Assembly: GCF_964355755.1 (NCBI RefSeq)
Contig: NC_092670.1
Span: forward strand, 15,734,795 to 15,798,794
DNA from: Antedon mediterranea
Taxonomy: Eukaryota > Animalia > Echinodermata
DNA: 64,000 nucleotides
Direction: 5' to 3'
Below the pieces are notes generated by a model. That model did not search any database, was not told the origin of the DNA, and was given only the letters and a program-made list of their open reading frames with translations. The position numbers were made by a program, and so were the translations under genes. Of the stretch, positions 1-12,575 are shown in pieces (the first letter of the stretch is position 1; each line of letters opens with the position of its first letter).

Positions 1-209
1 AACAACCATATATTTTATGCTGTAAAATGACAATAGGATATTTACTGACTTTGTTGTGTTGAGAGGCCAGACAGAGGGAAGCTGCTTTCCATTCTGTTGA
101 GTGTCATTTGCATAGTAAATACAGGTAATTAAAATTATGTCACAAATGTTGGAACATATTTAGCAGCCATACCCTAATAATATCCTGGAGTGCCTAATTT
201 TGTTAAACC

Positions 210-395
210 TCTAAGCACTGTAAATTAACTCCGTTCATTTTAAAAAATCAAACTCCGCTAGTAATCAGCACAAAGTTGTCTTGATCTTACTTAAATTAAA
301 TACCCATTGGTTCACCTGGGTTGATTGATACAAGTAATTCTTTGGATTCGAACCAACGATCTCACGATCATTACTCAAAAATTCCTGCACCACAT
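210..395 (-). mobile_element. tRNA-derived SINE fragment
   Basis: Minus strand shows a perfect pol III B box GGTTCGAATCC (344-354), an A-box-like TGTGGTGCAGG (~383-393), a SINE-like body (TACCCATT..CACCTGGGT on +) and a tail-like segment near 212-228. Confidence 0.5.
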
Positions 396-2601
396 ATCCT
401 TTATTTATAGTAATGTATTTTCAGGAAAATAAAGTCTTGATCGCACTGTATTGAATTGTCAACTATATTGACCAACATTAAAGGTGAATGTTAATTGTCC
501 ACAGAAAGAAAACTTTGTGTTCTATTAGTAATAATCACACAAATTAAAAAATCAAAAATATATTAATCAAAAGATATTATTTAGATAAATATTAAATTAT
601 CAAGTATAAAAACTTTCTTTGCTAGTACACTATGTATCTATGCCTAGATTTCGAACGTATTTCCAGCGGGTAAAACAAATCGTTGTATAGTATATAATTA
701 TATTAATTTGAATCATAAAGAACAATTTAAATAAATAAGTTATGAAGTATTAACACAAGTTGATAGAACATGTCGGCCTGGATATCTAACCTCTTCCAAA
801 AAACGTAATAACATATTGGTAGTGTAATAGTATTTATTTATGTACAGTATATATAAATTTTCAAACTGCTGCTATGGTACAAACTTGATTATAAACTCAA
901 ATATGTAAAAAATATGCAAGTAAAATCAATAGGAAAAACTGACTAATGTACATATAAACATTGTTAAATTTGAAACGTTGGCCTAGCTTTGGAAACCTTA
1001 TCTCAAAAAAAATCAAACTACTTCAATGCAAATCAATAATAATATCATTATGAATAAATAATATATTCATACTTGTTCTATCTAAATTGCATCTAGTTTT
1101 TATAAATTACATTCTATGCAGCAAGAAATGATTAAATGCAATCAGCACAAAGCAACAATATTATTTCAGTAATTATTGTAGGAAAAATTGAATGATGCTA
1201 TTTAGTAGTAGTGATTAGTGTGAGAGTTTGATTTCAGAGTTTACAATTACATCTAGAAAAAAAAAGGTAAAAGTTTTTGAATTCTTGAAATTACTACTCT
1301 AGTGACAGTTTGAAGATGTTTTACAGAACAGTGCTATGTATCAAAACCAAAACCTAAATTTATCAGAATTGACAAATGAAATGAGAGCAAGTGGGATGTC
1401 ATTGTCAGAGCATACTATGCAACAGGACAAAACACCACGTCAAACGGGGTCACATGGGAGGGGTCATACAATATATTTTTTGAATCATTTTTTCTGGTGG
1501 AACTAGCCTTAAAAGCCCTTTGGGCTTATTTATGTTTCTTCAGCATAAGTGCATTCTACTTTAAAAAAAAAAACAGTCATGTTATTTCACAATGATGTAT
1601 CTTATGAAAATAAAATTGAATTGAATCTTGGCTAGGCAGGGCCAGTAGGGTTTATGATATAAAATGTTATCAAGTACATGCTAACGTTATATTTAATGTT
1701 ATATTGTGATATTTAATTTTAGGTTTATACATTTTTATGTAGAAAACTGTCAAAATACTGATGTTTATTTTGAAATTAAAGATCACCATCTGTGATAAGT
1801 GATGTTTTGTTTTTGGCACGTTAAAGACAAATAAAAATAACAATATTTTAACCGATTTTAAGTTTTTTCTGGAGAGAAAAAAAAATGTATATATGTTAAA
1901 TTTACCACTGATGCAAACCATGGAGGCTCTGTGAGCCTTGCGCAATTTGAATCAAAATATTTACATCAAATTGCGCAGTAACCTGCTGCGCAAGTATTTT
2001 TAGTATTTGATTATTTATATAACCAAATCACGATAACCTTACTTAATATCATAAATTTATAAATAATGCAAGGAAAAATTATTATTTATTAATAAACTTA
2101 ACAGAATAAAATGTTTTGGTTATGTTTTAATAGAGAGGTCTAGTTAGCTAGCCTAGAAAAAAGTCACATGTGTTTTATAATGAGCTAATGTTGCCAAGCT
2201 GGTATGCGAGACTGTTGTTGAGTGACAATGAGTGAATATGGGCAGTTTTGTACAATTTCAAATTGCGCATGTACTTGACAATTTTGTTTTTATATTATCC
2301 TAAAATAAAACTACCAAAAGCAGGCAACACCGGTCCCCTGCCTGGCGATACCGGTGCTTACCGGACATACCTAGATTAGTATGACCGGGCAGGGAGGAAA
2401 TCATTATTGCAATGGATTTTACGGGCCTAGTTAGGCCTACTACTATGTACTAATTAGACTCAGTAATTAGGATAGTACAGTAATATAGTAGGCCTACATA
2501 GCTAGCTACAGTAGGCTCTTCTAGTCTCTAAAGTCTAGCCTAGGCCTAGTACTAGAGTAGTAGGTAGTATCATGGAGGTAACCTCCATGATAGTATTAGT
2601 A

Positions 2602-3408
2602 TATATGTTATGCGCGATTTGAACGATTTGCGCAATTTGAAATTGCGCAAAAAAATCCTTGCGCAATTTGAAATTGCGCAAAGAATTCTTGCGCAATTTT
2701 AAATTGCGCAAGGATTTTTTCGCGCAATTTCAAATTGCGCAATCAACTTGCGCAATTTCAAATTGCGCAAGAAAATCTTTGCGCAATTTTAAATTGCGCT
2801 GCACAATTTGTAAATTGCGCAAGATAGTTCTTGCGCAATATGACACCTTTGCGCAATTTGAAAACGAACTGTAAATTTTCCCATACATGGCTAGGCTAGG
2901 CCTAGGCAGAGGAGTTTAAAATTTAGTATTTTATTATATAAATAAGACCATTTCAATGAAGATAATGTTTAATACTCACTTTTTAAGTTTTTAATATTAG
3001 TTTAAGCTAGGCCATGTAACCTAGTCAGTATCAGTAGTCCAGACCCTAGCTAGGCTAGAGTAGTATAGCCGGCCGCCCGCGCCGCGCCCGCCTGGTGGAA
3101 CACCACCGCTTCGTTTTCCTTCGTCGGTTCTTCGACGGTATGCTAACTTATAACAATATTTGCACTACTAAAATAAGGAAATGCGATATTTATCTTTAAT
3201 TTTGAATCATTCTTAGAAACTACTATAAAAATATGGGTGTGCATGATTTCACAATCTGTCGAAAAACCTTGCGCAATTTGCAGATTACTTGCGCAATTTA
3301 ATACGTTGCTTGCGCAATTTGAAACACATGTTTCAATTCAAATTGCGCAAGGATTTTTTTTGCGCAATTTCAAATTGCGCAAATCGTTCAAATCGCGCAT
3401 AACATATA
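2602..3408. mobile_element. MITE with ~70-bp terminal inverted repeats and arrays of TTGCGCAA palindromes
   Basis: Left end TATATGTTATGCGCGATTTGAACGATTTGCGCAATTTGAAATTGCGCAA is the reverse complement of right end TTGCGCAATTTCAAATTGCGCAAATCGTTCAAATCGCGCATAACATATA; both ends are TA. About 19 TTGCGCAA copies by eye. Related remnant at ~1938-2270. Confidence 0.8.
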
Positions 3409-4316
3409 CATGCAGTAGGCCAGTACTGTAGATCGTCTTACCACCAGTTGGTCCCGATAGTCATTTGTGTTATTCTGTTATATAAATTAATGTGCCACAT
3501 TTCATTCTCATTTTCCGAGTATGTTTTGGGCCCTATCGTCTTATTTATTGGGCCCGATCGTCTTTCACCCTTGATGGGTAGTAGATGAGTAGTAGTAGCG
3601 GAGTAGTAGTAGAGGCCTACCTCTAGCTAGGCTAACTAGGCTAGGCCTAGAAGCTAGTATAATCTAATATAAAACAATCAATTTCAAGAGTAATACCTAT
3701 ATAGAAACTTCAGCTGTCCAATATTATGTTTTATTTTGCTAGTATAAAAAAGAATCCTAGGCCTAGGCCTAGTCGCGATCATACATCTCGCGCGGGGGAC
3801 GAACACATGTGTTTCACTCTGCTGCTGCTTCTTCTTCTTTAATATAGAGAGCGTATCGTATCGCGCTAATCAAAGAAAAAAAAGCATTCTCAAAACACTC
3901 AATTGAAGAGAGAAAAACACAATTCTACAAAGACTACTAGTTTAATATTAATATTAACCGTCGGGACTCGCAAACAAATGAAAATGTATGAGTGCCAACG
4001 TTTCACATTTAATTTCACAAATTAAAAAAGTCAAAGAGAAAGTATAATTTGTTTGTATCGATGTGATTTTCGCGTGTTGTAGTCGAAATCTTGTGCTTGT
4101 TTCATCAATTAGCCTAAGAATAGTTTAGGTTGAAACTGCTCAGGATGCAAATGTTTTTAAAATGATAAATTACCCGACTAATGAATTTCCCCTACAGCAG
4201 TAAAACAATATAAAAACAGACAAAGAGTTTAAACTGCATTAACGTATAAATTATCAAAATTAGTTTTTATAGTAGGCCTATTTCCAGTTTCAGAAATCGC
4301 ATCCAGTTAAAAATTG

Positions 4317-5511
4317 AAACGATTAGGCATATAAATCTAACTTATTGAGAACGTAATAAAGAGTTAAGAGTACAAACATACCAAGTGACGTTAATAACGT
4401 GATGCTGACGTGATCCTTTCCATCTCAAGTGTCAACGCGGTATTCGTAACAGTTTAACACGATGATCTTTTTCTTATGTAGCATCGAACTATAATTAGCA
4501 ACACGCTGGTTCTGTTTCGTTCAGGTAGATATCTTAATTTGTTCTTTTTCAACTGTACTAATTACAGACAATTTACTGCGTTTCGGTACCGTAGCCTATT
4601 GTATGCGTCAACATTGGCGGTCTCAATGTACGCCCATTACATCAAAGTGTTTTATATTTAAAAACATTATAATATTAAATATATATATTCAAAAAATATA
4701 TTTTAAAGTGAAACGATAATAGGCGTTCATCTAACTTATATTAATTGAATTGAGAACGTACAGTGTACAAACATACCAAGTGACGTTAATAACGTGATTC
4801 CTTGTGCAGTATTCGTGTAAGACACACGACGACCTTTTTCTTATAAAGCTCATCGAACCATGGAGGCATAAAAATCGAATTATAATTGGAAACACTGGTT
4901 CTGTTTTCTTCAGTTCTTTTTCAATTTTAATATTAGCCTATGCTTGGTTCCGGTTCCCACTAGAGACGCAACACAAGGACGTAACGCAACGTAAGTGAAG
5001 CTTGGTTCCCACTAGAACGTAACGCAAGGACGTAAACGCAACGCAAGCGTTTTAACCAATGACAAGCGAAGTTATAGACAGTTAGCAATCACAAGCGAAT
5101 AAGCCATCGCTTGTGATTGGTCAATTCACTTGCGTTGCGTTGCGTTGCGTCGCTAGTGGGAACCATGCTTAAGTTGACCAATCACAAGCGATGGATTATT
5201 CGAACTGTCGCTTGCCACTGGTCATGAACTCGCTTGCGATGCGTTTACGTCCTTGCGTTACGTTCTAGTGGGAACCAAGCAAGGACGTAACGCAACGCAA
5301 GTGAATTGACCAATCACAAGCGATGGCTTATTCGCTTGTGATTGCTAACTGTCTATAACTTCGCTTGTCATTGGTTAAAACGCTTGCGTTGCGTTTACGT
5401 CCTAGCGTTACGTTCTAGTGGGAACCAAGCTTGAGGGACAATTAAAGCGTTACGGTACCGTAGCCTATTGTAATGCGTCGATTGTCGACATTGGTGGTAA
5501 TGTAGGCCCAT
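4317..5511 (+). repeat. Diverged ~320-bp tandem duplication, second copy interrupted by MITE cluster
   Basis: Shared blocks GTACAAACATACCAAGTGACGTTAATAACGTGAT, CTGGTTCTGTTT and CGGTACCGTAGCCTATTGTA..GCGTC occur in 4317-4637 and again in 4711-4940 plus 5432-5511. Confidence 0.75.
4941..5431. mobile_element. Cluster of three nested/abutting copies of a ~170-bp PIF/Harbinger-like MITE
   Basis: TIR (A)GCTTGGTTCCCACTAG / CTAGTGGGAACCAAGCT. One copy (~4999-5170) sits inverted inside another (4941-4998 + 5172-5280); a third truncated copy lies at ~5279-5431. Confidence 0.8.
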
Positions 5512-8500
5512 AGTCTAGGCCTACTGCAATTGTTACTCCACACCAAAAAAATTAGGTATATATTGCGTTATTTATGGGTTATGACACAATCTAAGAAAAC
5601 AAAACCATAATTACCACAAATAAAAAGGGGGGCGACAGTCGATGACCTTGTGATGTGACACGAGCCAGTTTCACATCATGGTCTAACGCGCACATGGCGT
5701 TGAAAGCTCTTGCAGAACAAATGCTAAATAAACATCTTCATAGACAGAAATCTTAGTGTCTAGGAAATACAAGTCAAACGGTTTAAGATATTATTCATTT
5801 TACTTTCCCTACAGAAAAATATTTTTTTAAAAAGCTAATTAAATGGCGTCAAACAGGCGAGATATCCGATGGTTATTGAATGATTTTTCTGTTTCAATTT
5901 TGATATATTTGTACTTTAAAACGCCAATTAATAATGTCGACATAAACTGTCTCTTCAGAGAAGCAAATTCAGTCAGATAAAAACTATAGAAAAAAGTCCT
6001 GAAGAAAAACCAAAAGATCTATTCACACGAACGATTCAAGGAAAATGAAAAACTTCAATATTCTAGTCTATATTTATATATAGGCCTAAGTCAGGCATAG
6101 TCCATGTTGTGAATACTTTGTACTTTCTAAAGTTGTCGTCAATCTCATTTCATATCAGGTTTTAGGGCATTTATATATATATATATATCAATTACTAAAA
6201 CAATGTTGTGGAACGGTAACATTCGTAAATACACTTTTTTTTTTATAGAAAATTATATCTAAAAAAAGTTTTCTTACAGAATACGTTGTATATTATTTTC
6301 TTTCTGCAGTGAGGGACGAATACTAATAAGGATTTCCTATAAAATGAATTATCAATACATTATGTCTATTATATTCCCTGTGACTGTAAACTCAATATGG
6401 CGACACTATATTTTATGTGTGTACAATATTTCATATGAGTAATGATGAATAACAAACATAATAAAAGTGTACAATGTTTATTATATATTATATTAGACGA
6501 ATATTTTATTATTTTGATTAGTATCACAACAAATATATCGACCAAAATGCGTAATTATGAGATGAATTATTATGTCTGTTAGAATCTAAATTATAAATTC
6601 TACAATTCTAATAGAATATTACATTTAAACTGTTTTGCAACTAATTTGACAATGCAAACGTACCTGATAGCGTTTTAGTAATTTAGTAATTGCCTATTTA
6701 TTATTGGTTAAATAATCTAATGTATTAAGGCTTTATAATTATTTGATTTAAGTTAACATCCACTTCTTTATTGTTAGAGGCGTATAAACAATTCCAGATT
6801 ACTTGAAATCATTTCTTAACAGGGATGGATTCATAATTAGAAACGTAGCAACAATTAGATAGGATAGGCCTCAGAATAGTCTTAACTATTTTTTCTCATA
6901 CCAACATACGGAAAACAACAAAGTTTTTTTACAACTGCTTGTTGAACCTTTGAACAGCTACTGTTTGGCCTATCATGAGATCAACCTATTTCTCCATGGT
7001 TATAACAAGGCTGCAGCTGTTGGTGGATTGAATTGGTAACACCCCGCTCCTGAACGCTTTAAACAAGATAGATATTGTATGAAAAAATACTAATGTTTGC
7101 TTCATCAGGAAAATCAATTTGTTACCCTTCCTGATTCTGATTAAGTGGCGCCAATTAAGAGAAACCTTAGCAATACACCTGCCTCTGATTACATTGTATT
7201 AATTAGCAAAAGGTTAAAGGTTAACGGAAAGTATAAATCTATTTTCCTTTTGACTTATGAACTGTACATATCACTTCAGTGTAAAGTACCAACATGAAAA
7301 AGAAAGAATTAATTAAGTATTTTATACAGGTCTATGTTTGATTTGAATTTATTTCGAAAATATTGCATAAAATTACAATATAGAAGTTTTTTAGGATAGT
7401 AACACAACGCTGAGCTTATTTCCACTGGGGTCGTACAGTATTAATTTTATCTATAATATAGGTCTAACTTTATATTTAACACTTGTGTCCACAATTCCAT
7501 GTGACTTTCAAACGATGGTAATCACAATTGCGACAGTTTAGATGACTCATCGTGTCGTGATTTGTCAAATTACTTGCGTTGTGCGTACGTGCTTGCTGTT
7601 TCATATGAGAACCATACACAAATCTGCTGCAGTTACCACATTACAGCAGTAACATTGCTTATTTGATTTCTTAATTAAACAACAGCATTATAATGACAGA
7701 ATCACTCTACAAGGGGTTTCATAATCCTAGCTTTAATTTTCTATACAATTACAGCAAAGGATTCAGAATAGTTGCCGATCAATAAGAACCTTATTGTATG
7801 GATACAAGGTAGCCAAAGACAAAATGATCCAATTTAATGTATTCGTTAAGCATAGGTTCATGTGATCGATTACTATGAAACCATGTATATTTTGTTGTTG
7901 TGTACTAATTATGGCCTGTGGGTCTTTATCTAACCTTTGACATAACATTTGTATACCTCCAATCAGAATTGTGATTTCATTTTGATTGATACCGTACTAA
8001 TGATAGTTCATTAAGTCGTTAAAAATGGTTAGATAATTGTGTTTTTTTACTTGACATTATTTTTGGTTTTTTTTTACATCATTTATATTTCATTTAGCAT
8101 TTTGTTAAAACATCAGTTTGCATTGTTTTCTGTATAATTACTAAACATTAATACAAAGTATTTACTTTTTACCATTCTTTTTTTTTGTTAAATCATCTAT
8201 TTACAAAACCAATTGTATAGGCCTATTAATTAAAATTACAAACGTATTGTTTATTTAGGTCTACTGTGCTTTATACTTAAGTACGTTAAGTGCCTAGTAG
8301 ATGTACACTGATAGTCTCAAGTATTATTTTCGGATAACTTTAACCATGGAGAAATAAGTTAGGTTATTACTCCATGCTTTATCAGAAGAGAAACGGAATA
8401 GAATAGAACATGTGGCACATGAAAAAAAAATGATAAAGCTTTCTTTGTGTTGTCTTACTTTATCAGTTGTGCATTAATTAACACTATGATATGCCATTAC

Positions 8501-10568
8501 TATCTTACTGACACCTTCTGATATCAGGATACACATCGTCATTACAAACCGTTAGGTAAACATGTAATCAGCAAATGTCGGTTTAATTGATACGTTGCGT
8601 GTTGAACTAATTACATAAATGCTATCTAAATCGGTTTTATGTTGGTAGATAAAACTGAAAATCGATCACACAATCTTTGAATAAAACCAAACATTGGCAT
8701 TAGTATAACGCACGCACAGGAGGTCTACTTCGTGGTTTATCTCTCTGTTATGCCGCTTTTGTCGAGGCCTAATAAATGCAACAAAATGCTCAACATGATA
8801 ATTGTTGCCTGGAATAAAATTCCATCCCAGGGTGTGACTAAAGAGATTCTCTTGAAGATGAGCAATCCGATCAATACAAGAGAAGTAATTAACCATTGTA
8901 TTCGTGTGTTAATAAAGGTGTCTAAACATCTGCATATAAAAATAACATCCCCATAAGTGCCCTTACAGACAACAGTGAAAGTACAAATTGTCAAAAACAT
9001 TGCGCGAATTGTTTTCAGACCTATCCGTCCATAGGGCGGTTACAATATTAATGATTAATTGATGGGGCGGCTTTTGCAGTCTTACAATAGACGATCATTG
9101 ATATCGTGCGCACCTTCAGGTTTATACCGTAGCCTATGTTGAAGACGAAAGTCTATAATAATACGATGGAGAGGAAAACCATATTGCGGATACTCGCCAA
9201 CAGGCAATTGTGCGAGCCTTTCTTTCCTAACAAAACAATCAGCTTCATTATTAGACAAATTCAATAGCAAAAAAAAAGAACATACGGTATTCTTTCTGTA
9301 AGCTTTTGTTCAAATAATTTGAGTGGATCGTTTTAAATCTCTCAAATTTTGTGTAATCAAAGCCCTAATATGTGCTTTGATATGCATTCTCCTCACAGTT
9401 CGATAATCATTCTGCGCTTCCGGTTACATCTGTTGGTATTCGTCGACACAAAAACGTGCTAGGAATGTTAATATTTAGTAAATGTGTATGGTTTGTCAAT
9501 ATCTTAAGTTTACAGCAATATGATTATTAGTTTAGCCCTGAATTTGTTTGTACAAAATGATCGTACTGAATTTCTCTATTTTTGAGATCAATAATTCTTT
9601 TTTAACTGATTACTCAAGTGTGACGAACGCACGAATATTACACGCGTAAGGCAATTTATTTTTTATCCGTGGTGGAAAGGAAAACACCTGCTGTCCGATA
9701 TCACTACAATTGTTTGATAAAACAATATTCTATGTCGCTTAGAAGGTGTAACATACGATATAGCGTACACAACCGCTTAAAATTAAGCTCAGATTTGAAT
9801 ATAATGCATAAGGATTAAATGCATATTAAATAGGATCGTTTTCATGATGATAATCGATTGTTTTGCACATTCTTAATACAAGAAATATTCTTTACGCACT
9901 GTACAAATACAACAATACTATTTAACACGAAGGGAGGGTGGGGAAATGCATGATAACAATAAAACATTGAATCACCATTTCATCCCCCTGCTGATTTTAT
10001 TGAAATTAACATGTTTGGGAAATATTCTGCACCAGTAACAATAACGAAAAAATGCTATATGTTCTGAGGACGGATACACTTCCCCTCAGTAATAATGTTC
10101 TATTGTGTTTTGACAAATTTTGTTAAATATACCTAACAAGATCATGGAAAATACGAAACAATCTTATACAACTCACAGATAGAATGTAATAATGTTTTGT
10201 ATGTTGCGGTATAGAGTTTATACTGACATCTCTTTATTTTGAGCTCTTTTTTTATATTTCTATTTTTAAATTTTGGTACAGTATTTTCAATTATTACTGT
10301 ACTACTTAAATTGTTTGTCTTTCTTTTCTTTTTAATCCATTGTATTTTGCTTAAGTGATGTACGACTACGACAGCGATCGAGTCAGTCGGCGGTGTTGAC
10401 TAGTTTTTATTTTGTATCTGTTTGTTTTTACTTTGTGTATCTGTTGAATGTCTATCTGTATATAGAACGCACCGTGTATGAACGGGTGCCACCGTTGTAA
10501 AGGTGTAGTTTCAATAAATTATATATTATAACATGTTTCCCTTAAATTTAGCTAACTATATTAGTATA

Positions 10569-10625
10569 GTCTATCATTCTATCATTGTCTATCTATCATT
10601 GTCTATCTATCATTGTCTATCATTC
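10569..10625. repeat. (TCTATCATTG)-like micro/minisatellite
   Basis: About 5 degenerate TCTATCATT(G) units. Confidence 0.7.
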
Positions 10626-11209
10626 TTCAGGTGTGAAGTGAAATAAAGTTAGTAATAGTATCAATTTTTATATTACGTAAATATTCTTAAAATATCCAAC
10701 AATACTTACCTTTCATGTAATCTTAATTTCGCCACGTAAGATTAAGAATAAGCTTGACATGTGTCTTATTTCTAATTCAAGAAACGCGCGTTCAAGAGAT
10801 GTCTGTATCGTCCGTCCAAGTGACAGCAACCTCAATATTCAAGCGGATAACCAAACAGTTTATTGAGCATGTGGACAAAAGGTGGTTGACGGTTAATCAA
10901 TCATGTTTTAATCATTGTTATGCAGTATGTTGTTTAAAAAAAGGCACAAAATAACAGCAATTCTGCTTACCGACCTACCTTATAAGAACTGTCAAGATTA
11001 TTATTATTGCAAAGTTGTTCGCGTGCCCAACAATATTAACCGTGCACACTCTGAAACCCTGCTGGACACCACTAGAAGACCACTCGGCACTATCATGGCT
11101 CAGATCACCTGTTCTGTCTGACGGTTTCATGGGTTTAATGTTATATGATGGATATATTATAATGTTCATTCAACGTCTTTAAAAAAACGCATTACATTCG
11201 TCAATTATT

Positions 11210-11306
11210 CGTTGCACCCGACTCTACAGCTCACTATGTCGGTCGGTCGGTAAACACTAACTCAAATTTGCGCACACGCGACTGCAGACCTGTATATGGC
11301 CTTGTT
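11210..11306 (+). mobile_element. Short Helentron-associated (HINE/DINE-like) element
   Basis: CGACTCTACAG..., (GTCG)n microsatellite, CACGCGACT sub-terminal motif, 3' hairpin-like end ..GGCCTTGTT; second copy at 54189-54303. Confidence 0.65.
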
Positions 11307-11965
11307 ATCTATAAAATAATGATGGAATGCTCATTGTTATTTTAAAAAACGCGTTAATATTCGTTGATTCTTTCGGAACAGCTGATGAGCAAAGACACAT
11401 ACAACAACTCAATTTCCAGTTTAAAGGCGCAAGATGCGACAACATTATGACAATCAAATTCGATTGCTAGTCACGCAACAGACCTACTTTTAAGAACAAT
11501 AAAACGAATTGTGTCATATTAAGTCAGTGGTCCTTTTTAAAAACAAAGTTAGACGCATACACTTATTACTGACCAGACAATTACCTATTACATTCGTTGA
11601 AAACGCTCATGAAAAAATATTCAATCTAAATGCAAATAATTTAAAGTGGTGTTGAATTTGCTTCAATATGGATTAAGTTTATGTAAATGTTACACAGTAA
11701 ATCAAAATAAAAAACACATATAGCTTATTAAGCATTCGTTAAAACAGGTTCTGAAGAGTTTTTAATTGATTAGGTAGTGTATTACTCGTCAATCTTTTCT
11801 GTGTCTACACTTACTGCGTCAACTGGACTTTTAGATAATTATTCAACAACTAAGATTAACGAGAATACATTTTTATTGCTGCAATTTAAATTTTTTTAAA
11901 ATCGTATAGATGTGTTGTCGTACAATATTTCATGTCACAATACTGTACCGTGTATTATTTCATTA

Positions 11966-12102
11966 AACTCTGTCTACACTATATCGAACTAGTTTGACAA
12001 ACAAGTGTGATGTGCTTAAATATGGTAGTAAAATTCCAAAATATGGTAGTGATATGACATTATCATGTCCAAACATAAAGTTTGATAGTGTAGACAAGGC
12101 TT
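11966..12102. mobile_element. MITE family A (TIR AGCTCTGTCTACACTATCAAACT), copy 1 of 7
   Basis: TIR pair with TAA/TTA flanks and internal ATATGGTAGTGATAT repeats; PIF/Harbinger-like by its 3-bp TWA flanks. Confidence 0.8.
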
Positions 12103-12202
12103 TAGGGTATAGATATTTTCAAACAGTAAGTAATCGGTGATAATTGTGTTGTTTATTCACAAATAAATTATTCATCACAATTAGGAATATCAACATTATT
12201 AG

Positions 12203-12575
12203 CAGGCTCGTAGCCAGGGTGGGTTTTTATGGTTCGGGTGACCCCCCCCCCCCCCCCTTACAGCGAATCCCCTTAATCGACTGCGAACCCCCATCCCCGA
12301 CATGCCCAATACCCTCACCTCATCTCTGAAAATCCTCTAAATACGTGCCCCACGGTACAAAAGGTTATTCGTAAATTGAAAAATTCGTTCGTGAATAACT
12401 CTTACACCTTCTTCCCTGTATGAGCGTACGTCGAGCGATACGTGTCTGTAAATTTATAAAAGTTACAAATGAATTGCCGATTTTCACCCGAAAAATAAAT
12501 ACGCATTTTTGGGCAGTGACCCAAATACTGTACTTAGTATCCGAACCCCCTTGACAGATCCTGGTTACGGCCCTG
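12203..12575. mobile_element. MITE with CAGG..CGTAGCCAGG terminal inverted repeats
   Basis: CAGGCTCGTAGCCAGG ... CCTGGTTACGGCCCTG, with subterminal GGTTCGG/CCGAACC and a poly-C tract; no clean TSD seen. Confidence 0.65.

Noticed and set aside
37-1506. Possible exon at 37-124 and a ~56-codon frame at 1337-1506
   Set aside because: The first has stops in all three frames; neither resembles a protein I recognise.
2659-3431. ORFs with LRNFKLRK repeats
   Set aside because: By-product of the TTGCGCAA arrays in the MITE.
11381-11410. Other CTGATGA motifs (11382, 16448, 41069, 47644) as hammerheads
   Set aside because: No stem II plus GAAA at a suitable distance.
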